Under the pieces are notes generated by a model. It had not been told where the DNA came from, did not search any database, and saw nothing but the letters and a program-made list of their open reading frames with translations. Below are positions 63,833 through 64,000 of a DNA stretch of 64,000 bases, piece by piece; position 1 is the stretch's first letter, and each line of letters opens with the position of its first letter. The stretch is taken from positions 62,001 to 126,000 of IMG/VR virus record IMGVR_UViG_3300036944_001324; one strand, given 5' to 3'. Position numbers and translations under genes: made by a program.

Positions 63833-64000
63833 ATGAAAGACTTTTTCACATCTGAAGTTTTGCACCCTACTGGGTTTGCCAAGATGCAGGACAAAGACGC
63901 CGTTCGTCACAAAATCGGATTGATCTTAGCCGGTGCAGATCACGCCTATTTGATCCTCGCTGACCATCCTCTTGGTCTCTACGATAAGGACAAACTTCAC
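63833..64000 (+). CDS. Hypothetical protein, truncated by the window end
   Basis: AGGGG RBS, ATG 63833, open to the end (MKDFFTSEVLHPTGFAKMQDKDAVRHKIGLILAGADHAYLILADHPLGLYDKDKLH). Confidence 0.55.
   Translation, partial: MKDFFTSEVLHPTGFAKMQDKDAVRHKIGLILAGADHAYLILADHPLGLYDKDKLH

Noticed and set aside
1-64000. Stop-codon reassignment (alternative genetic code), as seen in some jumbo phages
   Set aside because: Standard code 11 gives full-length core genes and dense packing, with TAA, TAG and TGA all used as true stops.

Overview
The whole 64 kb window is a gene-dense segment of a phiKZ-related (Chimalliviridae-type, nucleus-forming) jumbo myophage genome; this assignment rests on recalled family features and synteny, not on a database search. 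Core genes recognised: DnaB-like helicase (minus strand, runs off the window start, missed by the ORF track), major capsid protein, one non-virion RNAP beta-type subunit, three virion RNAP subunits (beta N/middle, beta C-terminal, beta-prime with NADFDGD), SbcC/Rad50 ATPase, RNase H, UvsX/RecA, a probable baseplate spike, a tail-fibre/adhesin cluster and a 2614-aa tape-measure/lytic protein. I saw no tRNA, rRNA, CRISPR array, integrase/transposase, reverse transcriptase, intein or intron. Best leads: (1) an intramolecular-chaperone (Peptidase_S74-like, SDxxxK) domain in the middle of the tape-measure protein, which also carries M15 peptidase and lytic transglycosylase domains; (2) a ParB/Sulfiredoxin-like domain fused to the C-terminus of the catalytic virion RNAP beta-prime subunit; (3) three paralogous adhesins built from different copy numbers of a Cys-bridged repeat and an Ig-like repeat; (4) about 18 intergenic hairpins sharing a GCATA...TATGYYG base; (5) a 3-copy early-promoter-like motif, one copy followed at once by a terminator-like hairpin; (6) a MazG domain fused to an uncharacterised domain. 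The many long antisense ORFs are codon-bias shadows.
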